The notes beneath the pieces were generated by a model. That model made no database searches and was not told where the DNA came from. It saw only the letters and a list, made by a program, of their open reading frames with translations. Below are positions 13,032-24,807 of a stretch of DNA of 64,000 nt, in pieces. The stretch covers positions 124,001 through 188,000 of the forward strand of contig JBEWZL010000008.1 in the NCBI GenBank assembly GCA_045837725.1, written 5' to 3'. Position 1 is the stretch's first letter. Each line of letters opens with the position of its first letter. A program made the position numbers and the translations under genes. The stretch comes from Vermamoeba vermiformis (Eukaryota).

Positions 13032-15966
13032 TTACAAATCATCGTAGCTGCCAGTGCCAGTCGATGTGGCTGTCTGCGAGTAAAATTGTCGCAAAGCTTC
13101 ATCACGTGGCAGTCCTCTGAATTTGGGTCGACCATCAGCCTCGTGCTCGCCGTAATATTGCATAATCTCTTGGAACTCGAAGCGCGAGTGTAAAAAGTCC
13201 GGCAATGATTTCTTCGGGCCCATAATATCGTCGTCTTTAATCAAATAATTTCTGACTGCCTTTTGACCGACTAATTGTTGCGGATCCATTCCAGGCATTG
13301 GCGGGATCTGACGCGATTAGTGGATGAACACAACGACAGTAACTTAAGAGCAAACTTACTCTATAGCCTACTGTTAGCGAGCCAGGACTTGATTCACTGA
13401 ATCGCAGTAAAAACGAGCCAGGATTGCAGTTAATAAGTGTTCGTTGGACCAGATCTCGGTGCAAAAATCCGTAGATGAATCTAAATGCCACAATGAGTAC
13501 AAGTATTGATGGTAATAATAATAACTACATACCCCATCTTCCACATGGTGCACAAGTTCTTTTGATATCGCAATTCGCGCAACACTTTGCCGAACCAGTC
13601 CCAGAATCGTTCAGCGTTCTTTTGATTGACAGACGTCGCGCTGCCAAAGAAGTTTTGATGAATATAATGCAAGTCCAGCAGTGACAAGCCGCGTGTAGGT
13701 CTCGTTTGATCTTGTTTCGTTGCTTGAATAAAATATCTTTGTACTTCATTGGCGAAGTAATTCCACGTTATCTCGCCCTACATCTCGTTATGAGCACGTG
13801 TTTACATTACGCGTAAGAATCAGGTACTTACAACATTAGCAAACACGTCCTTCACGAACATAATCTTCAATGCATCACCGTATTGTGACTCGTTAGTCAT
13901 CACGAGCAATGGCTTCGAGAATTCACTTTCAAGTGTCACGGGGCCAGCACCGTAGTCGACTTGAACGCCAAAGCGCAGATTGGCAATGTCTTTGCGCGTG
14001 CCCTAATAAGTGTTAGTTAATGACATTTCACCGGATCCAAAACAAAAAGTCACCGGTCAATAATGTTGACTAGGCAAAGACTAGAGAAAGAAAGTATAGA
14101 ATATACTGGTAAAAAGCAAAAAAAGATAAGAGCACAACACCTCCGATTCCCAGGTAGTCTCCTACCCCAGTACTAAGAAGGCCTGAACAAGCTTAACTAT
14201 CGCTGATCGGACGGGAAGCGGTGCATTCTTGTTAGTGTGGTCGTGCCCGAGACGCCTCGCGACATCGTGTTCGGGTCACTACTTTCTGCGACCAAAAAAG
14301 ATCGTGCAACGCGCTTCCTGTCCGGTCGACATAACTAGAAAAACTGATCACTTACTGATTGGAAAGTGAATTGGAACTTGGCAGTTTGTGACATCAAGTC
14401 AATGGACGACGAGTCTGTGTCCAACACGGGCTTGGGTTTCTTAGTCTAGGTGAAAAGAGGTGTTAAATCGATGCACGCACGTGATTATTATGCATCAGAA
14501 GGTACCTTAGAGTTGTACGGATTGTGACAGACGATTGCAGCTTTAACTTGTGACAAGACCTTGGTCTCGATATTTGATGCCTTCAATATTTTAACGTGCA
14601 CAATCTCTTGTTCGATGAGCTGTTTCTTTTTCATGAAAATTGACGGGAAGGGTTGATTGATAATGTACAGGGAGGCGAGACTAGTGCAATGTTAAGAATA
14701 TTCATTTTAGAGTAGAAATACTTACGGCAATGATTGTGGTTGTCCAGTAAGTGTTTCGCGTTCTCGAATGAACAGATCTAGTTGTGCCTCTTGAAAAGCG
14801 AGGTCATTTGTAAGCAGCGTAATCTTGTGCAAGTCATGAGGACTCAACAAATATGTGTCGCGTAGTTTTTTACTGAAGTGGCTCGTGTTAGCGAAATGAA
14901 GGCGTCAACATATTATTACGAGCACTTACAGCTCTTGGACGTAAGCCACATTAGCCTGTTTCATTTTAGTTTGTTCGGCGTACAGTTGGTTGAACGCTTC
15001 TTGCGATGGTTTTTGCATTAATGCTTTTTGGAACGTCCTGAGAGGCGATTAGTCGATATCAAAGTGTCATTTAGTTGAGTTGTAGTACCTCATCTTTTCG
15101 ATTTGTTCTGCGTGACCGACAAGAGCTTTCTCGATCTCTAGTACCTCAGGCAAGTAGTGCAAGGGAAGCACTGCAATGGGTTGTGGTTGTTGCTGCACAG
15201 CTTTGATCGTCTGCTTGCCATTAGCGGCTTTAGTCGAGGTATCCTCGAAGTTGAACAAACTCGGGCCGACGTTAGGCTTGAGCACTTGTTGCGCTAAGAT
15301 CGGAGTTTGGGGTTGAGGAGAGCTCTGTTGCGGGTACACGAATGGCGAGGTGGGTGTTGTGGGCTGTGGCTGTTGGTACAGATTCGTGTTCGCGGGTTGA
15401 TTGATGTGCGCTGTTGGCTGCGAGTGTAAGAACTGTACGCCCGTATTAAAGCCCTGGGTATTTTGCATGCCGGGTGGGAAGTATGAGAAAGGCACTGAGC
15501 TGTCCGTGATCGGATTGGCAGGCACATCCAACAGAAAATCTTCGTCGTACTCGGGTAATGGCATATCGCTAAATAAAATTATTAATAATTAAGCAATAAT
15601 TAGATGATAATGAAGTCCTTATTGAATTGATTTAAAGGCGTATTAGCGAACCTGAAAAAATGAGAAATTTCGATCAGAAAGAAGCAAGCGAGATTTTAGC
15701 CTTTAAAAATAAAATATTGAATTACGTTCGCATAAATATATTAGAATAGGAAATATTAGACGATCACTAGTAATTACACAAAAAAGACTGAATTTTGAAT
15801 TGTTTAATTTCGTAGTCAATCAAGCGAGCAGCTAGCAGTTGATTTTAGCATTATTTGTATTACAATATTTGTTCATATTTTGAAAATAATTAACGGTTTT
15901 ACGAGTGAGCACTTACCCTGTTCCAATTGAATCTACAAAACTATGTATATCAAAATCTCCAGACAT
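13032..15966 (-). CDS. STAT: STAT transcription factor, Dictyostelium-type (Q/P-rich N-terminus, coiled coil, DNA-binding domain, SH2, C-terminal Tyr)
   Basis: LYIINQPFPSIF; FQSGTRKDIANLRF; ESEFSKPLLVMTNESQY; FWDWFGKVLRELRYQKNLCTMWKMG; SH2 FIYGFL..PGSFLLRFSESSPG; terminal GSYDDL*. Confidence 0.92.
14128..14248 (-). rRNA. 5S rRNA gene (copy 1, 121 nt) in STAT intron 14003-14355
   Basis: Reverse complement reads GGGCACGACCACAC...CCCGTCCGATCAGCGATAGTTAAGC...TTAGTACTGGGGTAGGAGACTACCTGGGAATCGGAGGTGTTGTGCTCTT followed by T-runs; typical eukaryotic 5S motifs and terminal helix. Confidence 0.96.
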
Positions 15967-17015
15967 GCCGAGGTTAGTCATTTTCAATATGTGCTAAATA
16001 TACAAAATATACAGCTAATAATTTAATTAGGTGGAGTTCAGATGCAGATTTTGCAGGAAATTTGGGTTTGCTGGTTCTACTGCCACAACAAATGCTAGTA
16101 ATTCGGTGGTCGAGATGAACTAGTGCAAGGGTCCAAAAAAAATAATGGGACCTATGTTGTGTTTCCTGCTGAGTTCGAAGCGGTTTGAATTTTTGTGAAG
16201 TCCGTTCAAAGAAGCACACGTGCCCCAAATATCTCCTTTCCTAAGCACAAATCACTTTAATAATAATAAGGCCTCGTAATGTATCAGAAAGGTGGTAGTG
16301 TTTGCTAAATCATATGAAGCAGATTCAGCAAGAGATGCAGGTTCATTTGCGAGCTAGAATATTGAATTAATATTCTACGCACATAAAATCAATTCAACTC
16401 ACACAAGTGAGGGCCAAATGCCATTTAGGTAATTATTATGATTATTCCGGCCGAAATAACAATTCCAAACCTTGATCTGACTTGTATATTGATAGAAACA
16501 ATGCCTAGTCGTCGATTTGGTCAATTAAAAATGCAAACTTGCAACCTTTAATCATGGCAACAGTTCATTTGCAGGTAAATTTGGCAGGACTTTTTAGACG
16601 CGTCTTTTCAGTCCATTTTACTTACTCTTCAGTAGAAGAAGGCACACGAGGCATATCTTATAGCTACTCCTTAATATATCTCATTCTTTGTTATTTGAAG
16701 TAAGTCAGAGGTTACGAATTCTCGATCTCGATCGCGTAGCTACAAATTATTTCCTTTCAAAACTAATCAATGTTCAATATATATGCTTATTTTAAGTAGC
16801 TATAATTTGGTGCGTAAAAACAATTGGCTTACGATTAATTTGAAAGCTTAGTATGTAAATTTTCAAGCGGATCGGGTCTGCAAATAACTCTCTTTTGTTT
16901 TGTTTATTTTCGATCTTACTTAATAATATCATAACATAATATACACTATTTATCGAGTGCTTTTTTATTATTACAACGATTTTGACATGTCATATTTGCA
17001 GCTTCAAACATTACA

Positions 17016-17906
17016 ATGGACTGGTCCGTTCCTCTGCAAGCTGCCCTTCAAAAGATCAACAACAATGATTACCTCGGGGCACTCTCCGACCTCGAGTACG
17101 TCATGCAACTCTCGCCCACCAACGTCACGGCATTCAAGTGGCGCGGGGTCGTCAAGTATCATCTGGGCCAGTACTACGACTCAATCGCAGATCTCAACAT
17201 GGCCATTCAATTCTCCGAGCAACAGAGCTCTAGTGTGCTCAGATATCGTGCTGAGGCCAAGAAAATGATTGGTCAGTACGACAGCGCCAAAGACGACTTG
17301 TTGCAGGCGTTGAATTTGAAGCGCAATCACAAGACGTATCAAAGCCTTGGCGACGTGAACAAGTTGATGGAGCGCTACGACGAGGCACTGTGCAACTTGA
17401 ACATTGCCGATCAGTTGCGTCCTAATGATCCCTACACCCTGGCACTCCGCGGTGAGGTCAAGATGATGCTAGATCTCGGTGGCGAGGCTCTCGCTGATCT
17501 CAATCGCGCACTGAGCCTCAAATCCAACGACGCGCATGCGTTGTGCGTGCGAGCAGAACTGTGCAAGTGCATGAAACGATACAACGAGGCCTTGTTGGAC
17601 TTGGACATTGCCGCGTCGATTGAGCCCGACAACCAGCACATCATTTCACTGCGCAATGAAGTCAGGTCAATGATGCCCGCGAGTCTTGTCATGTCTTTCT
17701 CGCCATCACGCACGCATCAGCCATCTCTGCATATTCCCGTACCAGCACTATCTAACAATAACAATGCACTGAGTGCACCGATTGTGGAAAATAATACTAA
17801 TATAGATAGCACTATGGATGAGCTCAACGACACTCAAGAAGAAGCTCATCATGCTTCGAGCCAGTCAGGCACTGCAGATCCGAACAACAATTTGACAAAG
17901 AACTAG
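17016..17906 (+). CDS. TPR-repeat protein
   Basis: 296-aa ORF with about 6 TPR motifs (e.g. AFKWRGVVKYHLGQYYDSIADLNMAI) and a low-complexity tail. Confidence 0.9.
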   Translation: MDWSVPLQAALQKINNNDYLGALSDLEYVMQLSPTNVTAFKWRGVVKYHLGQYYDSIADLNMAIQFSEQQSSSVLRYRAEAKKMIGQYDSAKDDLLQALNLKRNHKTYQSLGDVNKLMERYDEALCNLNIADQLRPNDPYTLALRGEVKMMLDLGGEALADLNRALSLKSNDAHALCVRAELCKCMKRYNEALLDLDIAASIEPDNQHIISLRNEVRSMMPASLVMSFSPSRTHQPSLHIPVPALSNNNNALSAPIVENNTNIDSTMDELNDTQEEAHHASSQSGTADPNNNLTKN

Positions 17907-18103
17907 CCCCCGCTTGTTGTACTTGCACTATCGTGCGCGATTTGTATAGATGTATCAATACTAATAAATTAATTACCATAAAAGTCCTCGTGCTTTGATC
18001 CAGATAATTCGCATAAATTCAACGAACAAGTTGTTGGTCACCAACAATAAAAGGTCAATATTCAATCAATGAAAAGATAACGAGACAATAGGAAAAGTCA
18101 ACG

Positions 18104-18807
18104 ATGGCAAACGGCGAGGTCTATGTTTGGGAAGGAAATCAGATCGAAGAAGGAATCTGGTTAGGGAGCGAAGAATCAGCACATTGTGAGCTTTCAGAAT
18201 TACAAGCGAAAAATATAACACATGTATTAACGGTTGGTTTGGGCATTCCGATGCCTCACACTGGCGTAAGTAAATCCGTTACGAATATTATTTTTTGAAA
18301 ATCACGACTAATTATTATAAACAGAAATTACAATACCTGCACATCAAAGCAATTGATCTGCCTCTATATAATATTGTTCAACATTTTTCTGCGTGCTATG
18401 AATTTATCGAAGCAGCCCGTGCATCTGGCGGTTCAGTCTTGATTCATTGGTAAGTTGGGATCTCACAATACAACAATAATAAACATTTATCAACGGTGCT
18501 AATGCAATATTTCCAGTGCTCGCGGCAAATCTCGCAGTGCATCGGTCGTTATGGCCTACTTGATGAAAAAGCATAAAATTTCATTTGCTGAGGCGAAACA
18601 TCGCGTCAGGTGAGTCTAAGCATAATATATTTGCACTTGTAATGATATATTAACACGATTTGGTACTCCAGATCTGCTCGTCCTATAATTGATGTGAACG
18701 AAGGATTTCATGCTCAACTCACTTTGTACGAACGAATGGGCTGCGACACCAACGGCGATACCAAATTTCACGAAGAATATCGAACGACGTACAAAATCAA
18801 GAAATAG
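18104..18807 (+). CDS. atypical dual-specificity protein phosphatase (4 exons)
   Basis: IEEGIWLGSEESA; ITHVLTV; IKAIDLP; spliced catalytic loop VLIHCARGKSRSASVVMAYLM; RPIIDVNEGF. Confidence 0.92.
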
Positions 18808-18949
18808 TGTTAGCTCTATTATTCAAAATCATGTACAAAGTAAATATTTTTGGCAAAACCAACGCAAAACCGGAGAAGAAGAACAGTTATAATGCTCGAA
18901 ACTAACATTCGATGCTCCATATATTAAAAGATTATACATTCACTGAGTT

Positions 18950-20015
18950 TTACAGGGCTGCGACTTCTTTTTCTTTTTGAGTTCCTTATCATTGTTTTCG
19001 TTAATGTTTTCAACGTCACTCTGCATCTATTATATTATCAATCAATACAATGGCTTGATAAATGGCAATATTGTTGGTATTACCGAGAACAAATTTAGCA
19101 TTTGCGGCCAAACTTTATCCAGTCCCTGAACATCTTCTCCATCTACTTCGATATACGTGATGCCCATCATTTGACAAAAGTACTATAATACGATTAATAT
19201 GCAACGTGGTTGACAAAAGAGGTATTAAATATGCAGGAGAGGGTACGAACCTGAGCTTGAAATTTTTGAACAGCCCGGTCTTTGTCAGCAAATACGTATC
19301 CAATGAGTACATAATGACGAGGGTATTCGTTGACAGCGCGTTTTTCTGTTATAATGTAATCGATCCATGTAAACACGTTCCAAAAGGAGTTGACATCCGA
19401 CGTGTCATAGACGAGCAAGTATCCTGCAACAGACCTCATAATGCTCATTGTTGAAAAATAGCCAAACTTCAGAGTGATAGGTACGTTCTACAATAGGCAT
19501 TATAATAAGGATTGAGGATTAAGGTAGCTATCGATTCTTACAACTTGGATTTGATTGCCGTTCTCGTTGTACGGGACCCAAGCAGAATCTAGGTATTGAT
19601 AGCGAGTGCGTAATAAATTCAACAAGTGCTCGGATACAACGAGGGCTAATAATCTTAATGATTTGTGACTGGGGCTGATAAAGTCTTTCGTCAGTTCAGG
19701 ATCAAACCCGGCAACGCCTTTGTGCTCGTACAATTTGAGCATTCCCGGCAAATCTAAGTAAAATGAGTACCGTGATATTCGAAAATAAGGGTAATTGTAG
19801 TTACCTTTGATATGAGATTCAATTTCGGTCTGAAATAGGGCAATGTGTTTACGAAACAAGTCGCCAACATTAGATCTGAAGAAGTTGTTGATAAATTGCA
19901 GCTGTAATAGATCTTCAATAGAACAATATTCAATAATGAGGTGCCAGAGCTCTAGGGGAAGTTCGCTGGTGCTTTGATCTTGAAATTTTGATTGAATATC
20001 CTTGTTCCTCTCCAT
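18950..20015 (-). CDS. F-box protein with a degenerate Rab/Ras-like C-terminal region
   Basis: ELPLELWHLIIEYCSIEDLLQLQFINNFF (F-box). Later exons VAGYLLVYDTSDVNSFWNVFTWIDYI, YVLIG, ITYIEV resemble the small-GTPase core; no P-loop seen. Confidence 0.7.
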
Positions 20016-20550
20016 AATTATAAGCAATCTAACTACGACAAAACATTAATTATATATTAATTAATTGTATTCTATTGTGCAAAAAGCAAATCAAAGGCAT
20101 TTCGGTCTCGATCGATGTCGCGAGTTTCCAACCCCTTCGTGCTAGCTGCATATTTGCTTACATTTTGTATACTACTCTATATAATGCATGTAAGCGTAAC
20201 AATTATTGTTTCAACTATTCGTGTTGAAGTTACTGGCAGCAAATTCGAAATGACTATTCAATTATTCTCACTTTACTACCTTTATATGGAAGAGCACAAG
20301 CACACGTGATTTATTTCATGAACATCAGCAGTTAGTAGGATAATCGTCAAAAGGGTAAGTATCTGGGATTAATTTGAATTCAATGTAAACCGTTTTCGTG
20401 ATCTCGATCCACACACCAGCAAATTGAAATAAATTAATTAAATAAATATTACAAAATTGTCATTAATAGTTTCATAATATTATTACACATCACCAATTTT
20501 TTTTGGCCGATCGGAATTAACTTTGCCGTTATTTTATCGTAGGTTTAACA

Positions 20551-20931
20551 ATGAGCAGTTATAAGAGTTTTAGCGACATAGAGGAAGAGAATAATGGTTT
20601 GGAAGATGATCTTGTGGTGAGCAAGCCTAAATCCGGTCAAACAACTATTAGAATGCCAGTTGGCCTCGCGTCTTTCGATGACGTGATCGATTATTCAATT
20701 AAAAGAGATCTCGGCGAAGACATTGATGACGAAGAAGAGGAAGAGTTCATTGCTAATTCAGATACAAAGGACGGATCGAGATTTTTGAAAAAATACATCA
20801 ACGGCGATGAAGATCTGACTGAAGAAGAGAGAAGGCAATGTCGTATGCACAAAATAATACTATTACTGCTTGCTGGCGGCTTGACATTGTTCGCACTAAT
20901 CTTAGTGTTTGTACAACACGGCAAAGATTAA
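20551..20931 (+). CDS. small acidic protein with C-terminal TM helix
   Basis: 126-aa ORF with D/E-rich body and terminal IILLLLAGGLTLFALILVFV; preceded by a probable 5'UTR intron. Confidence 0.7.
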   Translation: MSSYKSFSDIEEENNGLEDDLVVSKPKSGQTTIRMPVGLASFDDVIDYSIKRDLGEDIDDEEEEEFIANSDTKDGSRFLKKYINGDEDLTEEERRQCRMHKIILLLLAGGLTLFALILVFVQHGKD

Positions 20932-21041
20932 TACTTGTATTTTAGATCTGTAAATAGCTGTACATTTTGAAATTGTGGCTAATGTATGAATCATAAGTTA
21001 GTTTAAAAGTTTAACGGTCTGTCTAAGGCTTTAAAGGTAAT

Positions 21042-21224
21042 TTAACCCTTTAGTGACGGGAATACCTACTACCGACGACCGAATATATATTATATTCGTG
21101 GTAATTGGCTCGAAAAATTTATCGATAGAGCCTAGACCTAGATATAAAATTAATTCTTTATGAAATTTCGTAGAAGTTAAACTTCGTCAACGTCAAGCTT
21201 TCCCCTTAATAATTAAAGGGTCAA
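21042..21224. mobile_element. possible degenerate piggyBac-like MITE
   Basis: Left end TTAA-CCCTTTA and right end TAAAGGG-TCAA (one mismatch from TTAA), intergenic; inverted repeat is only 7 bp. Confidence 0.3.
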
Positions 21225-21331
21225 CCATTTTCAGATCTGAAAGAATTTAAGAAAAGAAGTTGAAAAGCACTGCTGTGACTTAACACCGCACGAACAATTT
21301 TATTAATTATTCAGCATTAACGCTAAGCCAA

Positions 21332-23279
21332 ATGGATGATACTCCCTCGCTATTCTCCTTACCTAGCGATATCACGAAGGAAATCTTTTCGTTGGTAGTC
21401 GGATCAACACAAGAAGCCATTAGGTAATTAAACAATTAAACAATTAATATTAATCAATAATATGCTGGATATTCGTATGACAGTACTGTCGTAAATGCGT
21501 AATTTTACGCAAAAATAGAAAATAGAAAAAGAATTTTAAATGCTAGTTTACAGGATTCAAGCCACGAGCAAAACCTTTCAAAACTTGGTTTGGAAATCGA
21601 TGACTTATTTTTCTGACGTAATCTTGTTTGATCGGTTGCGCACCAAAAAAATCTTCGAGCGGATCAACAAATTGGCCATCAAGTACTTAGAATTAGGTAT
21701 TAATCATTTACATTTTCTTAATATTAATTCTCTTTCGTCTAAATTTCCTTTCACTAGTTCCATTGCCTCCCTCGCCTTCAAACGACAACTTTGAATTAGA
21801 TCTGGCTGAGTTCTCGTCCTTAGAGTATTTGTCAATCGAATCAGATTTACTCATACCCACGCTAAACAATCCTAAACTCAAAGACGCGTTCATGAAACAC
21901 AAAACTTTGACATCTGTCAAATGCATCACTCCACCGCATGCACCACTCACCAACGACCTCGTTCATGAAATAAGTCAATCGAAGAAATTGTATCTGATTG
22001 GCACGTCTAATGGCCACACCTCGCCTACGGTAACCTATATGACCAATGCGCGCAAGTTCACGGTCAAACTCGAGCACGTGATTGGTGGATTTGATGGCGC
22101 GGCGACAGCAGGCAATGCGGCGAAAGATTTCGTGTTGATTGGAACTGACAGCGGTACCGTCACTGTGTTGAAACAAGAGGGTGAGCGGTTGATTTTCAAA
22201 CACTCAGTCAAAGCTCACACCGGCCGCATCAATCACGTGCACACTCATCCTGCATTTCCAAAGAAGGTTATTTGCGTGGCATCGGATGTAAGTTGATACG
22301 ACCGAGTTTGTCATTCCGTTCGTAATAATCAAAATTATCAGGATGGAACAGTCTCACTTTGGGACGTTGGAAATAACTACGAAGAGCCGCGAGTGGTGTT
22401 GAAGTGTGGCGAGCCAATCTACCAAGTCTGTGCGCGCATCAACAAGACTACGGGGCTCGTCATGGCTGCTGGCAAACGGACAGCGTACTTGTTCAACATT
22501 GACAAACGAGAGTTGATTAAGACTGTGCCTATTGACTCGGACATTATTGGTACGTGTCATATTGAGCGCTATTAGTGGTTTACTAACGCGAGTGCAGTGC
22601 TGGACGATGACTCGTTGGACGCCAAGAAAGGCTTTGCAGTGTGCACACATCACGCAGTCCACATATTCAACGATCACGGCGACGAGACAATGACCTACAA
22701 AATGAACTTCGTGAAGCCATTCTGCGTCACTTCTGAGCACACGTAATGTCATGTTTGCACGACAAATAATGATACTTTTTCTGACTTTATTTATTTGTTC
22801 AAGTTTGCACGTGGTTCCTCACGACGGCTATGCAGAAGTACGACTCAAAAGTGCTACAAAGGACGCGTACTACGACAAGGAAGTGTTGACTACATTTGTT
22901 GGCCAGTACCACTCGAAGCCATATACTGGCGCATTTGCCGATAAGCAGCAAGTCATTGTGCTGTCAACTGATTACGGATTCGATGTGCTGGTGAGTTAAA
23001 TACGATAGCTTATTCTACTGAATACAGATTAATATCATATTGATTTTTTTTTAGGATTTCGTTTCAGAACAACCTGTAATGTCAATCGGCTTGCCAGTGA
23101 CAAAAAAGGAAATTGCGACGAGAAATTTCAAGCAAGTCATGTGCTTATTTATTCAAGAGAAGTACTGGCACGTGATCGGATCTGACGGCAAGCTCTATTC
23201 TTGGCGAGTTTATGGCAAAGATCATGTCGAGTCTCTGTCCTTCAGCTTTGTGTTTGCTGAAAACTTTGAAAAGTTCTAA
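21332..23279 (+). CDS. F-box protein with WD40-like beta-propeller (multi-exon)
   Basis: SLFSLPSDITKEIFSLV..RIQATSKTFQNL (F-box); KAHTGRINHVHTHP..VICVASD/DGTVSLWD (WD40). Confidence 0.75.
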
Positions 23280-23390
23280 TGTGCCTGTTATTATCGATTT
23301 TAACGTTTATTTACATAATAAATAATAATTGAGGCAAAGCACCCGAAAAATCACAAAAATTGACGTGGAGATCTTTCTTCGGTTGCATAA

Positions 23391-23676
23391 TTACTCTGAT
23401 CCTCCGCCGCCAAATATCAAAAGTGCTATTATAGTAAGCACTAAGCTAAGTATTGACAGGCCAATTATAAGTGCGTAGTTGTTGGTGGCACACTTAACGC
23501 ACATCTGCGCTTGGTCTGGTTCCCAACAGCAGGTTATCGCTAGTGTAGCCTCGCGCACGTGTTCGGGGCATATACATTTGTTGCATTTGTAGCATCGAAT
23601 GCCTCGCCTGATGAGTGCACGCCTCCATCTGGCACACCAGAATTGTAACTTGAGTTTCTTCTGTATTATTACTCAT
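23391..23676 (-). pseudogene. Cys/His zinc-finger + TM protein with a 1-nt frameshift at ~23604
   Basis: Removing one base gives VCQMEACTHQAGIRCYKCNKCICPEH...CVKC...LIIGLSILSLVLTIIALLIF, collinear with the gene at 28181-28564. Pseudogene or sequencing indel. Confidence 0.65.
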
Positions 23677-23925
23677 CTGTGGTGATTGTTGCGATTAGTT
23701 AATGGATATAAGAGATATTTAATGCGATTTTATTACCCATGGCGGTTGTGTTCCATTCTCTGATTTCTAAAACGCAAAATCGAAAATCGCATCCGTCTTC
23801 CATTTTAAAGGAAACTGCGAGTGAAGGTGAATAAGTAATGCAACAAATAGCCTTCATTCTTGCAAAGCAGTATGCAACTTAAGCAAAGTCGTTGGCTGTA
23901 CCAAGCAGCGAATCTAGGACGGTTC

Positions 23926-24690
23926 TTAAGGTGCATGACCGCTGTTTATATCAAATCGGCTCTCTTCTTGTTCGCCATTCATATTGTTCGGAAATAGCGG
24001 CAGATTTTGAATTAATCGCAGTATGGGCTCGAGATCTCTCATCTCCTCCTCTGTAGCGTTATCTAAATTCTCTACAATATTCCGGTACACTTTTTGCGCT
24101 CTATCTAACGCTCGTGCTTGCTCCACATTGTCATGTAAAATTTCGTAACAGAAAACGGAGTAGTTTAGACAAAGACCGAGTCTGAGCGGATGTAGCAATG
24201 ACAGACTCTCGACGAATTTAAATGCCGTATCATAACCGTTTTGTGACCGTTCAGTTGCATATTTCTTTGCCTCATTTGTTTCAATTTCTGCTATGTATCG
24301 CCAATAATCGCCTTGCATTTTAGAATAAAAAACTTTGGCTTCTGGATCTGGTGCATTTGGTATCAAAATATTTTCTATAATATCAAGGAACGTTTGGATA
24401 TGGTGGCGAATTTCATTTTCTATTTTTTCTCTGTATTTTTGGATGCGCACGATATTTTTCTCGTTATTTTGTGACATTTCTTTAGCCTCTAAAGATGAAA
24501 TAATTCTATGGGAGGCTCTAACGTGCCCTATAATATTTTTGAATGCTACTGATGATAAGTTTCGTTCTTCTGTTGTCAATACTGGATGTTGATGCACAAG
24601 TTGGGTCATAGCTGCGAGCATGTCATCGTATTTTTCAGCTTCTTCGCTTAGATAAGCTGAAAATATCAGATCTTCACGAGATAGTTCCAT
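23926..24690 (-). CDS. 14-3-3-like protein, intronless, divergent
   Basis: EERNLSSVAFKNIIG; KVFYSKMQGDYWRYIAE; HPLRLGLCLNYSVFCYEIL. Confidence 0.93.
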   Translation of the reverse strand: MELSREDLIFSAYLSEEAEKYDDMLAAMTQLVHQHPVLTTEERNLSSVAFKNIIGHVRASHRIISSLEAKEMSQNNEKNIVRIQKYREKIENEIRHHIQTFLDIIENILIPNAPDPEAKVFYSKMQGDYWRYIAEIETNEAKKYATERSQNGYDTAFKFVESLSLLHPLRLGLCLNYSVFCYEILHDNVEQARALDRAQKVYRNIVENLDNATEEEMRDLEPILRLIQNLPLFPNNMNGEQEESRFDINSGHAP

Positions 24691-24807
24691 TGTGGTCTTC
24701 TTCGTTAATTAGTGTCACAATTTCAATTGAACAACGGGACACAAACTCGGTAAGTTGCTCGCAATTGCGTGCATTTAATAAAGTAATTAACATCGGAATT
24801 ATTAGCG

